From a virus (lineage: Duplodnaviria; Caudoviricetes), in IMG/VR virus record IMGVR_UViG_3300033489_000010, positions 1-57,418 of that record: DNA of 57,418 nucleotides. The stretch is one strand, 5' to 3'. The translations under genes were made by a program, and so were the position numbers. Shown in pieces: positions 28,264 to 37,672 of this stretch (positions are counted from its first letter, which is position 1; each line of letters opens with the position of its first letter). The notes beneath the pieces were generated by a model. That model saw nothing but the letters and a program-made list of their open reading frames with translations, was not told the origin of the DNA and did not search any database.

Positions 28264-28895
28264 TATTTAGCATCCTGAATTTGTTTTAAAACTGCGTCGC
28301 TCTGAGCCTTTGCTCCGAGAAGGTTATAAAAGGCGCTTAAATGTGATGCGGCCTTAGCAAGATCTTGCCCCTGCCCTTCTTTGGCAAGACACCGATAAAG
28401 AGAGTATTCAATGACTGCCGGTATAAAAATTTCCTGAATTCCAATGCTGCTTGAGGATGATGAAAATACGGTTGGATTGGCTGCAACTATGGCATTTAAA
28501 ATCAGGGCTGTGGACGGAACCGGATAAACATAAAAGATTAACGGTGTCTCTTCGTCAAACATGTAATGTTCAATAGACGTTGCTGTGGTTTCAGTTGTCC
28601 AGTCAGGGAGAGCATCATTCATTACTTCTCTTGATATCTTCCGCACAGGCTTGCCGGTTTTATTCATGACAATATCAAGCAGTCTGGTATTCCCAGATGG
28701 CACGGATTGCATAGCACTACCGGTTGACATTGTGATTTCAATAGGAGTTGCCGTTGCATCAGGCCTGATTAAGCAAACCGCAAGAATTGCTTCATTGACA
28801 GCACTTTCTTTCTGGCTGATGGCCCATGTAGCTTCTGCCGGGTCCAACAGCAAACCCCCGATATCGTATAAAAGATCACTTCCTGAGATGGTCAT
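28263..28895 (-). CDS. Head-tail adaptor (DUF6682-like)
   Basis: L.DP....W.......NEA..A....RPDA; FYVYPVP; YRCLAKE...A..H...F...LG. Confidence 0.7.
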   Translation of the reverse strand: MTISGSDLLYDIGGLLLDPAEATWAISQKESAVNEAILAVCLIRPDATATPIEITMSTGSAMQSVPSGNTRLLDIVMNKTGKPVRKISREVMNDALPDWTTETTATSIEHYMFDEETPLIFYVYPVPSTALILNAIVAANPTVFSSSSSSIGIQEIFIPAVIEYSLYRCLAKEGQGQDLAKAASHLSAFYNLLGAKAQSDAVLKQIQDAK

Positions 28896-29274
28896 GTGTT
28901 ATGCTTCCTTGTTGAGATCTTGACTTGTTGATGGCAGTCATAATTTCAAGTTTGGTATATCTGGTTTTCACATCCACGCCGTTGTCAATGGCATATTGGA
29001 TCATCTCTTTTTTATCAACTTCAGCAACCGGTTTCCCAAAAAGCTCTACCACTAAGTTTTCGGCAATATCTTTTGGCAAAAGATCGGATGCCGGTTCATC
29101 CAGAGTTGTCGTTGCGGCCAATTCCTCTGGGATTCTGAGTTTGCCACTCATTGCGCAGCTAATGGCTGGCGTATCCCATGGTGCAATACACAGAACCATG
29201 TCAGCTTCCTGTGAGTTATATTGATTTTTTCTAACAACCTGGCCTGTTTTTTTGTTCTTTAAAAATTCGTTCAT
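28876..29274 (-). CDS. Hypothetical protein (start likely MNEFL at 29274)
   Basis: AAGGGAAG RBS; C-terminal HeH-like segment KKEMIQYA..GVDV.....K.EI. Confidence 0.55.
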   Translation of the reverse strand: MNEFLKNKKTGQVVRKNQYNSQEADMVLCIAPWDTPAISCAMSGKLRIPEELAATTTLDEPASDLLPKDIAENLVVELFGKPVAEVDKKEMIQYAIDNGVDVKTRYTKLEIMTAINKSRSQQGSITHDHLRK

Positions 29275-29364
29275 TGAATATCTTCCCTTTGCATTTTGGG
29301 AGATTAACCATGGGGCCTTACTTTGCCCCATGGTGTTGAAAAAAAAACAAATCCTATCTATTCA

Positions 29365-29877
29365 CTATTCCCTGGTATCAATGTAATATATATCTATGTA
29401 CATTTTCCCGGCAGCGGCTGTGTCAATTAATGTAAAATCGGACGAACCGGTAACGGTTACCCTTGGAGTAAGCGCAGTGGATGCAAAAGCACCCGTTGCC
29501 GCGTCAACAGCCAAAGCGATAGATCCGACCTCAGTTGATGCCGTATAGACGCTCTGTGCAGTATTAGCAGAAAACTTATCTGTGTCACCGGAAATACCTA
29601 CCATTACGGTCGCAGTGGTATCCCCTGTAAATCCAGCAGTAACCCGGGCCTTCCAGCCAAGAACAATGGCTTCTTTCGGCAAGGCAAAAGTAAAATCAAT
29701 ATATCCGGTTGTATTGGTATTGTCAGTAAAATCCGTAACCTCAAGAAGTTGAGATGTCAGCTTCTTTACATACATTGCCTTTTCATCCAGGGCATGAGCG
29801 CTACTGATCTGAAAAGCAACAAAAACAAAAAGAACGATGGCAAAGGCAATCGTTCTGTCGAAATAATTCTTTTTCAT
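29365..29877 (-). CDS. Capsid-adjacent beta-rich protein (decoration-like) with signal peptide
   Basis: GAGGAG RBS before MKKNYFDRTIAFAIVLFVFVAFQISSAHA; LP..AIV....V...F.G..ATV.VG..GD.DKF pattern. Confidence 0.6.
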   Translation of the reverse strand: MKKNYFDRTIAFAIVLFVFVAFQISSAHALDEKAMYVKKLTSQLLEVTDFTDNTNTTGYIDFTFALPKEAIVLGWKARVTAGFTGDTTATVMVGISGDTDKFSANTAQSVYTASTEVGSIALAVDAATGAFASTALTPRVTVTGSSDFTLIDTAAAGKMYIDIYYIDTRE

Positions 29878-29914
29878 TGTGGGATATCTCCTCTTAAAAC
29901 ATGTTTTAAAGACT

Positions 29915-29947
29915 GCCCCTGGGGAATTAACTGCCACCCCCAGGGGC
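29915..29947 (-). terminator. GC-rich hairpin after the capsid gene (terminator or mRNA stabiliser)
   Basis: GCCCCTGGGG / CCCCAGGGGC 10-bp stem; only a weak T-tract. Confidence 0.5.
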
Positions 29948-29972
29948 CTTGTTCTGTTATAAAATTATTGCA

Positions 29973-30770
29973 CTATGCAGCTTTGGCGTACAAATGGCCC
30001 ATCGCATCGGCCTTGATGACTTTGTATCCATACACTTGAAGACCACGCATCAATTTACCGAAGTCATTCGGATTCGGAATAGTTTCATTCTCCACCAGCT
30101 GGCTGGCAAACGTAAGGGCTGATTTATGCCCGAACAACAGACTGAAACATTTAACTGCGCCTTCCGTTGTGCTGAGGACGTTGTTTGAAACATAGAGCTC
30201 AGTATCATCGATTTTGCCAATCCTTCCGTTTCTAATCATGGATGTGCCATCGCCGGAATAACTTGCGTCTGCTAAATCAGAGGTTTTTATTCTGGTGGCA
30301 GCCCATGCAGGAATAACAAACCATCTGTTGGTATTGGGTATGTCCTGCTCTGTCAGCACCTGGCCGCATTCCACAATTTTATCAATGATGGTAGATTTGG
30401 ACAGTGCGATAGCGGCTGATCCATCGGCAGCCGCGGCCCCGAGACCAACATTTCCGGAAATCTTACCAGCGGTGGCTCCGTAATTATAAGTCCCTGCCGA
30501 TGCAGGAATGGCAGCCAGAATACCAGTGTCAATGGAGATTTTCATCTGTTCTGAGCCATCCTCTGCCCATTTATTAACATATGCGATATCAGATTGTTTT
30601 TTCTCCACATCATTAATCGACACTGCAAAATATTTGCCCTTATCGATCAAGAGCTCAACCTTGTATGAAGTCGGGCGTTCATACTGCAATCCTGCTCCGA
30701 TTTCGTAATCACGGATTGTCATATCTGGAATAGTCCTGATAATGACCTTATCTCCGTGGGCAGAAATTTC
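29973..30770 (-). CDS. Major capsid protein, exon 2 (spliced product about 316 aa, P22-coat-like)
   Basis: EISAHGDKVIIRT..., LLIDKGKYFA, NGRIGKID..E.YVSNN, FG..MRGLQVYGYKV; joins exon 1 in frame to give NTDYEG|EISAHGDKV. Confidence 0.9.
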   Translation of the reverse strand, partial: EISAHGDKVIIRTIPDMTIRDYEIGAGLQYERPTSYKVELLIDKGKYFAVSINDVEKKQSDIAYVNKWAEDGSEQMKISIDTGILAAIPASAGTYNYGATAGKISGNVGLGAAAADGSAAIALSKSTIIDKIVECGQVLTEQDIPNTNRWFVIPAWAATRIKTSDLADASYSGDGTSMIRNGRIGKIDDTELYVSNNVLSTTEGAVKCFSLLFGHKSALTFASQLVENETIPNPNDFGKLMRGLQVYGYKVIKADAMGHLYAKAA

Positions 30771-31100
30771 CGTTTTGTTATTGTCTGGAGTGTTTATCTC
30801 CAGCTCCTGCATGTTTCCATACAGACCGGACTATATCTTCAATGTTTTTTTCTTGGCCGCTTAATCATATATTTACAAGAAAAACATTGCCCCGCACTCG
30901 TGGATTGTTCGCCTTCTAATAAGGGTACTGAATCTAGTCTCTGAACCTTCACCCTGTCACCAGGGAACTTGGCGGCTGATTGCCCAATCCATTCGCTTTT
31001 CAAACCATTACGCTTGCCGTTACCAGCTACGTTGTGGTGCAAATGGCTATAAGGGTGTTCCAGCAATTCACGGGGTTTAACGAGAGCCATTTATCCACTA
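30771..31100 (-). ncRNA. Group I self-splicing intron (330 nt, no homing endonuclease, probably subgroup IA) in the major capsid gene
   Basis: P AATTGCTGGAA (31058-68), Q AATCAGCCGCC (30971-81), R GTTCAGAGACTA (30935-46), S AAGATATAGTCC (30828-39). 5' exon ends in U and pairs with IGS GCUCUCGU via U.G; intron ends in omega-G; P8 and P9 (GAAA loop) hairpins present. Confidence 0.93.
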
Positions 31101-31253
31101 ACCCTCATAATCGGTGTTTGCAATTGCCCCAAAAACAGTGGCAGCATAAAACTTTACAAGGAGCTTACCGCTCCAGATTTCCGGAATGTATGTACCGGAC
31201 AAACCATTCCCGGCTGCATATGCGCCGAGACTTGAATCAATTGGATATACCAT
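31101..31253 (-). CDS. Major capsid protein, exon 1 (51 aa)
   Basis: AGGAGG RBS; MVYPIDSSLGAYAAGNGLSGTYIPEIWSGKLLVKFYAATVFGAIANTDYEG, a typical capsid N-terminus (IPEIWS.KL). Confidence 0.9.
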
Positions 31254-31272
31254 GATAGCCTCCTAACAGCTA

Positions 31273-32220
31273 TCAGGCCCGGATTCTCCCTTCTACTTGA
31301 GCTAAGAAAATGTCATTTTCGATGGTCGCGGCCTCTGTCTCCCGCCCTCGGTATGCGCCAGCCGTCTGATCAGCATAGAATTTTGTGATCTCTGACCGGC
31401 TCCATACTTTTTGGTTCCCTGCCGGTTTCGGATTTATATCCGATCCAGTTAAATTATGAGGGGGCTGGACATTTGGAGGATTGGCAGCCTGCTGATTGAC
31501 ATTGTCCTGTATGTTTTGCTCAATGGAATGAGCCTGGCCTAAATATGTTCTGAAGATCTCAACGGTTGTAGGAAGGTCCATCGAATTTTCAGCTCTACGC
31601 AGCTTGGCAATCCTGGACTCGTATTCTCCAACTGGCACCTGTTTCAACCACCCTATAAAAACGGGGTCATTGTTCAGCGAATCAAAATTTGCGCCGAGTT
31701 TGGCAACAGCATCGATTACGCCTTTCATATAGGTGTCAAATGATACGACTCCATAGTTTTCTGATGTGGACTGAATCGAGTTGATTTGCGTGACAAGATC
31801 AGCATTCTGTTTTTTAAGCTGCTGTATCTCATCAACAAGCGACCCGAATTCTTCGCCATACTGTTCAAACTTTTCTTTATTGAGGACATCTCCGCCCGAA
31901 GATTGATCTTTACTGGTTAATTTTAAATTTTGATCTTCAAGGGAATTCACCAGCGCTTTCAGGCTTCTGATCTCCATAGTCAGTTTTGGCACCTCGGCAT
32001 TGTATTTGCCTTGGATTGTCAAATATTTGGCTTTGTAATCAGAAGTGTCTGTTTCTGCGGGTGATTGTTCTGGAGGCGTGTCCGCAACATTATTCGGCGG
32101 CAAAGTATCCTTGGGTTCCGGTTTCGGAGTATCCTCGGGTTTTGTGCCTGATAATTGTGCATGGAGGGTGTCGGCGAGTTCTCCGGCCCTCTGGACTGCT
32201 ACCGGGATAAATTCATTCAT
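31273..32220 (-). CDS. Capsid scaffolding protein
   Basis: KY.TIQGKYNAEVP, coiled coil, acidic/Pro-rich; ends IFLAQVEGRI; directly upstream of the capsid gene. Confidence 0.75.
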   Translation of the reverse strand: MNEFIPVAVQRAGELADTLHAQLSGTKPEDTPKPEPKDTLPPNNVADTPPEQSPAETDTSDYKAKYLTIQGKYNAEVPKLTMEIRSLKALVNSLEDQNLKLTSKDQSSGGDVLNKEKFEQYGEEFGSLVDEIQQLKKQNADLVTQINSIQSTSENYGVVSFDTYMKGVIDAVAKLGANFDSLNNDPVFIGWLKQVPVGEYESRIAKLRRAENSMDLPTTVEIFRTYLGQAHSIEQNIQDNVNQQAANPPNVQPPHNLTGSDINPKPAGNQKVWSRSEITKFYADQTAGAYRGRETEAATIENDIFLAQVEGRIRA

Positions 32221-32361
32221 GCTTTCTTTTCCTTTTTTTTAACGGCCATTGGTGGTCTCGTTGTTGGTATAAACAGGGTTGCAGTAATTGCAGTGTCCTG
32301 TAGTTTTGAACATGACAGTAGAATTATTAGGGAAGTATATAAAGAAAGACAAATAAGTCTT

Positions 32362-32379
32362 TACAGATATGGTTATCTG
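32362..32379 (-). promoter_or_regulatory. Palindromic operator or late-promoter motif CAGATAACYATATCTGTA, copy 1, overlapping a TTGACA
   Basis: Minus strand reads TTGACAGATAACCATATCTGTA; intergenic, upstream of scaffold and capsid genes. Confidence 0.6.
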
Positions 32380-32422
32380 TCAAGTTTTGGTAAAAAGAGA
32401 ATAGTTTAGGATGCTTTTAAAA

Positions 32423-32728
32423 TTACAATGCCTTTGGATTCCATAAGTCTGGATTGTACTGATAGTCCCCTTGTTTTTGGGATTCTATCTCCTGCTTACG
32501 CAAGGTCTCAGCCAAGCCCGGCAAGTCAAGAATATACTGAAATGCCTGGCACCATCCTTGGTTCCAGTCACGCTGTTGACCAGTGGCATGATCATTGGTT
32601 TTCCGGATATCATATAGCTGCCTGCCGATAAAATCCATATAAGCGGAAAAATCCTGACTGGTTCGCAAGGCCAATATTGAGCTCAAAGCAGTTTTGTCTT
32701 TTTGGTCATTATAATTAATTTGATTCAT
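32423..32728 (-). CDS. Hypothetical head-module protein
   Basis: Co-oriented with overlapping junction; W.QG..QA motif typical of small genes between portal and scaffold. Confidence 0.55.
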   Translation of the reverse strand: MNQINYNDQKDKTALSSILALRTSQDFSAYMDFIGRQLYDIRKTNDHATGQQRDWNQGWCQAFQYILDLPGLAETLRKQEIESQKQGDYQYNPDLWNPKAL

Positions 32729-33128
32729 CGGCTGTTGCCCATTTTACGGTTGTCCTCACATAAAACTGAGGAAGTGTTGACAACTCTGATTTCCGGTAAA
32801 AAGGGCGTGAGACGAATGCAACAATTTCCTTTTTGTCGTAGATAAATAACCCGGATAGATATAATTCCTCTTCAGGTCCATAATCCCTGTCCTCGACCCG
32901 GATTTCCCTGGATTTGAGCATTCGGTCAACTCGCTCGGCCGTCATGCCCGGACGGATCTTGACTCCACTTTTCTTCAAAGCTTTGTCAACACAATGGCCG
33001 ACGAACTTCAACGCCTGTTCGAGCGTCTGGAAGATGTGTATTTTCCCATACTTGCTGTCGATGTGGTCGAAATTGTCCCGGTCGATGCTGTTCAGATCGC
33101 CGAGGGTTGTTTCTTTGTCGTAGAGCAT
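32715..33128 (-). CDS. Hypothetical protein
   Basis: GGAGG RBS; operon-like overlaps. Confidence 0.6.
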   Translation of the reverse strand: MLYDKETTLGDLNSIDRDNFDHIDSKYGKIHIFQTLEQALKFVGHCVDKALKKSGVKIRPGMTAERVDRMLKSREIRVEDRDYGPEEELYLSGLFIYDKKEIVAFVSRPFYRKSELSTLPQFYVRTTVKWATADESN

Positions 33129-33490
33129 AACTTTTGCCTCCTATAGTAATATTTGTTGCTAAAAGTAAGCCTTCTGGGTTTTCTTTCATACCGTTTAGTT
33201 GCTTTAACTTTCACGGTAGGGCTTGTAGGGCTTATACCGATACGGTATATTTCATCGGCGAATGCTTGTAGAATTTTTTTTGTATCATCAACAGAACCGT
33301 CTATTGATATCAATTTATCCCTTAACGCTGACGGACGATCTTCGACAAAAACCAACCCTTTTCCACTATGCAGGGTTGCGTTTCCGCTACAATTAAAGGA
33401 TCTGCCATTAGGGTATGTTTTGAAAAGATAAATTTTAGTTTCTTTTGAGTCTGGCAAAGTACCTATAAAAACTTCATAATATGCAGGCAA
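33092..33490 (-). CDS. Hypothetical protein
   Basis: AAGGA RBS, TTG start, co-oriented. Confidence 0.5.
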   Translation of the reverse strand: MPAYYEVFIGTLPDSKETKIYLFKTYPNGRSFNCSGNATLHSGKGLVFVEDRPSALRDKLISIDGSVDDTKKILQAFADEIYRIGISPTSPTVKVKATKRYERKPRRLTFSNKYYYRRQKLCSTTKKQPSAI

Positions 33491-33505
33491 TGTGGTTATC
33501 CTTAT

Positions 33506-33841
33506 TTAATTCTGTTTTTTGTTTCTTCCGGCTGGACAGGGGCTGAGAAGAAATTTTTTGATAGAACTCTTATCATGGTATGATATAGAGTTTTGTTCTA
33601 TCCCATAAAGTCTTTTGGCGCCGTTAATTATCCCTTGCTCAACGCTTTTAATAAATTCTTTCAGGGATGTTTTGTTTTTTGTAATACATTTAAAATCACA
33701 CCGCATTGCGCAATACATAGCTTTGGTGCCCCCCTTATAAGAGGCTGTAAACAACATCCTATAAATAGAACCTTCGCCTTCAGGGTCAGGAATTATTTCG
33801 GAATTGGCGAGTCTGAATATCCTATCAGATATTTTCATCAT
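33506..33841 (-). CDS. Hypothetical protein
   Basis: AAGGAG RBS, co-oriented. Confidence 0.55.
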   Translation of the reverse strand: MMKISDRIFRLANSEIIPDPEGEGSIYRMLFTASYKGGTKAMYCAMRCDFKCITKNKTSLKEFIKSVEQGIINGAKRLYGIEQNSISYHDKSSIKKFLLSPCPAGRNKKQN

Positions 33842-33863
33842 ATTAACTCCTTAGTCTTTATTT

Positions 33864-36017
33864 TCATACCGTCCTCACATCTGCCCCACCGGCCTTATTC
33901 CCGGCTGCATCTGTTACCTGATTCAGTTTTTTACCGTCTCCCTGGCCGCCCTGTTGGTTTATCACGGCCTGTTGCTCCAGCATCATTTGTTGTTCCTGCT
34001 GGACCCGCAAAGCCATTGTTTTTTTATCCGGCACGATATCATCGTCCTTGAAATCAGCGAGCTGGAAAATCTCTCTCAGCATGGATGCAAGCCCTGTCTT
34101 GCCGATGATATCAAGAACCAATTGTGAACGAGTTACAACCCCGAGCAGTTCATTCCTGCGGAGTGCCGACTGCTCTTTTGCAATCATGGCAGTGGAACCC
34201 TTTGCAATGATCTTAATATCACCCTGAAAATATTCCGGGTCGTTAAACATCAGCAATTGAAATTCATGGGTCCGTGCGATACTGGGTTCAATAATCCCTT
34301 TGTCTATATTTTTAATAACGCGCTTGATCCCCCGCGTAGCATTACTCATCATGGTTGTGAACCCGGTTGCCGTGTTAAGAGCGCCTGCACCACTACCCCT
34401 TGACTCTCCACCGTATGCATATTTGGGCACACCGGTTTTATTGTCTGCCTCATTTGAAAAAAACTGATATACTTGGATCAGTTCCCCGGCTACAGATGGC
34501 GGGACAAAGAAATCAACAGGCCGGTTTGCAGAAGATCCACCGAAGGCAAGATTTCGATTTACCAGCCAGACTTTCCACGGATACAGTGATGTGACCCGGG
34601 CGCCGGGCGGAAGCTGTGCCTGATCCACCATCACCTGGGGACCGGACGCGATCCCCATATTTGCAACGATGGCCCGTGCAGAAGCATTGCAGGCGGACTG
34701 AGCATCAATAATTATTTCCGGAACACCAGCTCCCCAGATAGACCCTGGGCGTTTCCTAAAACTCGCAAAATTATATGGAACCCTGCCGAGCGGATCCCCG
34801 TTAATCTCTGCTTTGATGACATACCGACCAATCAGCCATACCTCAACCGGATAATCGGCAAACGGGTCCTGGATATCCTCCGGGCTCATGCCGTATTGAA
34901 GTAATAACAACCCCTGCACATTAACCCAGAATTGCAGTGCATCAATGTTTTGCTCCGTGGATCGCCATTCGTTAGGTCGATCTTCGAGCGTCTGCCGGAT
35001 CGTGTCAATGGGGACAGACAACCATGCCCCGCCGCCTCGCCCGTAGTCCTGCAACACAAATTTAATGGCATCCTCATCATAACCCTTAACACCGAGCAAC
35101 GATGTTAAAAATTTGCGGCTTAGCCGGTGCCGCTCTACCATTCCGTCCTGTGGGGTTTTTGCATTCGGCAATGGATACACATCAAATGGGGACACCCGGT
35201 TAAAATCAATACTAATTTCATCCGTAACTTCAACCGCCTGGTTTGGTTGCTGATATCCCTGATCTATGGACCCTTGTTCAGGGCTTTTCCATTTCAGCCG
35301 TTTTTTCCGGCGCAGGACCGGACCTTTAATAATACCGGCCTTAAATATAACGACATCGTCTATGCTCTCTGACATGGCATCCTCCCATCCCGATTCGATC
35401 ACCACATCATGCAGCTTTGTCTCAATCCGATCCCGGGCTTCTTTTGCAGCAGCCTCCATACTTTCCCGTATCTCGGTTGCTACTTCCTGCGCCCTGGCCT
35501 CCAGGGCCTGCATTACAAACTGACGTGCTTGTGTCTCGTCAACAATCTGCCCGGACTGCATGGACATCATCAATTCCTGCCGGACAGTGTTTCGCATTTC
35601 CATGATGACGGTGCCTTTGATCTGTTCCTGCTGGGCCTGGTTTAATTCCGGAACTGGCGTCGGTTTGATTCCCCACGGTTTTTCTCCGCCGGGAAAAAGG
35701 ATATCGTTTATCCAGGAGGAAACGGCACTGCATTTTTCATCTGTCAGCATCATAAAAATTTCTGGGGCGTTTGCCGCACGAATCTCCGCCAGTTTGTCCG
35801 GATCATACTCCCCGCGCAATTGCCGGAGTGATTTGATCATGGCCTCTTCGACTGTGCTTTTAGATTCTTTGGCTGCTTCCCACAACCCCATGAGATATGA
35901 TGACAAGCTGGTGATCACCGGTCTGACCTGCCGCTCTCTGGCATCTTTTTCAGCCTGTATTTTTGATGCTTCTTCGGCGGCGATTTGAGCATTGTTTTTA
36001 AATTCGATCATTGCCAT
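33864..36017 (-). CDS. Portal protein
   Basis: 717 aa directly after terL; RVSPFDVYP.P, PGSIWGAGVP, N...ASGPQ, TATG, Q-rich C-terminal helix. Confidence 0.85.
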   Translation of the reverse strand: MAMIEFKNNAQIAAEEASKIQAEKDARERQVRPVITSLSSYLMGLWEAAKESKSTVEEAMIKSLRQLRGEYDPDKLAEIRAANAPEIFMMLTDEKCSAVSSWINDILFPGGEKPWGIKPTPVPELNQAQQEQIKGTVIMEMRNTVRQELMMSMQSGQIVDETQARQFVMQALEARAQEVATEIRESMEAAAKEARDRIETKLHDVVIESGWEDAMSESIDDVVIFKAGIIKGPVLRRKKRLKWKSPEQGSIDQGYQQPNQAVEVTDEISIDFNRVSPFDVYPLPNAKTPQDGMVERHRLSRKFLTSLLGVKGYDEDAIKFVLQDYGRGGGAWLSVPIDTIRQTLEDRPNEWRSTEQNIDALQFWVNVQGLLLLQYGMSPEDIQDPFADYPVEVWLIGRYVIKAEINGDPLGRVPYNFASFRKRPGSIWGAGVPEIIIDAQSACNASARAIVANMGIASGPQVMVDQAQLPPGARVTSLYPWKVWLVNRNLAFGGSSANRPVDFFVPPSVAGELIQVYQFFSNEADNKTGVPKYAYGGESRGSGAGALNTATGFTTMMSNATRGIKRVIKNIDKGIIEPSIARTHEFQLLMFNDPEYFQGDIKIIAKGSTAMIAKEQSALRRNELLGVVTRSQLVLDIIGKTGLASMLREIFQLADFKDDDIVPDKKTMALRVQQEQQMMLEQQAVINQQGGQGDGKKLNQVTDAAGNKAGGADVRTV

Positions 36018-36033
36018 TGTTATATATCTCCTG

Positions 36034-37668
36034 TTATGTCCAACCTCTTTGATTTATACCTGCTGACTCGACCTGCACGATAGAACCCATGGCAGGTTTA
36101 AATTCATGCCCGGACGCCAGCGTCTGGAACGCATCCGCTCCGTTTGAGTTCTCATCATGCAGCGGTGCGTCTTTATATGTTTGTAGATTCTCATCCCAGA
36201 TTTTCCGGTAATTCTCCAGCCGGGCAATGCCCTTCTCGCATTTCTCTTCATCGAACCAGCACACGGCCAGAAAGCGCCGAGCAGCATTTATGGAATCGAT
36301 TTTTGACGGAACTCGGGGCACAATGTTAAAATTAATACCGATGGCCCTGGCCTGTTCCCACCGGCTGGCACCTGTCCCGAGCTCACGGACTTTGATATCA
36401 TGCGGCGCATTGTGATATGGAGCGTAAAAGTATCCACGATCACATAGCACTTTTGCATAGAATTCAAATCCCTCGCCGGAATTCTCAAAATAATCTATGA
36501 TATGGACCTCACGTCCTACATCCTGAGTGAACCAGATGGCCATAATGTCATTCATACCCAGATCCCACCAGGTCCTGACACTGATCCCTGGCTGATACGG
36601 TACCTTGCAGATCCTTTTTTGCTGCCTAATTTTGACAAATTGGGCTGAGAAATATGCACCGATCACCGCATTTTCAAATGCCTCTTCCGGGGTAGAAGGG
36701 TTCTCCCGCATCATATCTTCCCCGAGCCGTCGCCATTTTGTGATATACCAATATCTCTTTGCCGGCGAGATTTGTCTGCCGATCTTGACTTCTATCTCTT
36801 CAAAATATTTTACCATCTCGGTTGGCATTGGCACGGCTTCGTGCTGCTCATTGTCCGAATTATCCCACCATGGGAAAAAATGGAATTTGAATTCTGTTTT
36901 TGTTGGAGCTCTACCGAGCTTGTCCCGGTCCTGGGCCTCTTTGCAGTAATCATAATAATACCCGGCCTTACCTTCGGCGGTTGATTCAACGAACACCAAA
37001 GCCTCCCCGGTCTGGGTATGAATAGCCTCGAATGATCCAGTAACTATTTCCCGGGCTTTTTCCGGATACCTTGCGCAAACCTTGCCGAATTCCGAAACAT
37101 GTAATAAATTCAGAGTTCCTGATCGCATGGACGTACCGACAGAGATGATCGAATTGTTGTTGAAATGGATCTCTGTTTTAGATTTTGATATTGTCGATCG
37201 GAAATTTTTGATTGAATCCGGCAGGTTCTCGTACGGATAGAGTATTTTCCTGCGGAAAATCTTACTGACATCCTCCCGGTTGTGGGCGATGATCCCAGCT
37301 TCCGTGTCGGCTATGAATAAACATGCATCCAGGAAAAACAGATCAATAAAAGTTGTGAACCCACGCTGGCGGGCTTTGAGAATTAAATTTTGATACCACA
37401 TGGAATCATACAGCCGGGTTTGCTCGGTGTTGGGCCTAAATAAAACCCGTTTGCCGTAACGATCAATGATGTAATAGAGATTGTTTAGGCGCCACCAGCG
37501 GTCAACCAGCCGGGAAAACATCTCATCGTATGATACAGACTGTGCACCGGATTCCAGGTGATGGGAGGTTTCTTTTTCCGTGCGGTCCAGGACTGGATCG
37601 AAATCATCGAGCGGGTTTTTTGGCGGATCATCGGCCCAGGGATCAAGTAAATTTTGAAAATCATCCAT
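36034..37668 (-). CDS. terL: Terminase large subunit
   Basis: ILKARQRGFTT (Walker A), LHVSEFG (Walker B), ESTAEG, WDLG, PHD and GADAF nuclease motifs. Confidence 0.92.
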   Translation of the reverse strand: MDDFQNLLDPWADDPPKNPLDDFDPVLDRTEKETSHHLESGAQSVSYDEMFSRLVDRWWRLNNLYYIIDRYGKRVLFRPNTEQTRLYDSMWYQNLILKARQRGFTTFIDLFFLDACLFIADTEAGIIAHNREDVSKIFRRKILYPYENLPDSIKNFRSTISKSKTEIHFNNNSIISVGTSMRSGTLNLLHVSEFGKVCARYPEKAREIVTGSFEAIHTQTGEALVFVESTAEGKAGYYYDYCKEAQDRDKLGRAPTKTEFKFHFFPWWDNSDNEQHEAVPMPTEMVKYFEEIEVKIGRQISPAKRYWYITKWRRLGEDMMRENPSTPEEAFENAVIGAYFSAQFVKIRQQKRICKVPYQPGISVRTWWDLGMNDIMAIWFTQDVGREVHIIDYFENSGEGFEFYAKVLCDRGYFYAPYHNAPHDIKVRELGTGASRWEQARAIGINFNIVPRVPSKIDSINAARRFLAVCWFDEEKCEKGIARLENYRKIWDENLQTYKDAPLHDENSNGADAFQTLASGHEFKPAMGSIVQVESAGINQRGWT

Positions 37669-37672
37669 TGGT

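Noticed and set aside
29307-29334. Hairpin ACCATGGGGC/GCCCCATGGT as a terminator
   Set aside because: No U-tract follows on the coding (minus) strand; it may only be a stabilising or processing stem
30771-30812. ORF-track start MQELEINTPDNNKT for the capsid
   Set aside because: These codons are the intron's P9 region; the real N-terminus is exon 1 at 31253
30839-31090. 83-aa ORF inside the capsid intron as a homing endonuclease
   Set aside because: No HNH, GIY-YIG or LAGLIDADG motif, and it runs through the catalytic P/Q/R core, so it is an incidental frame
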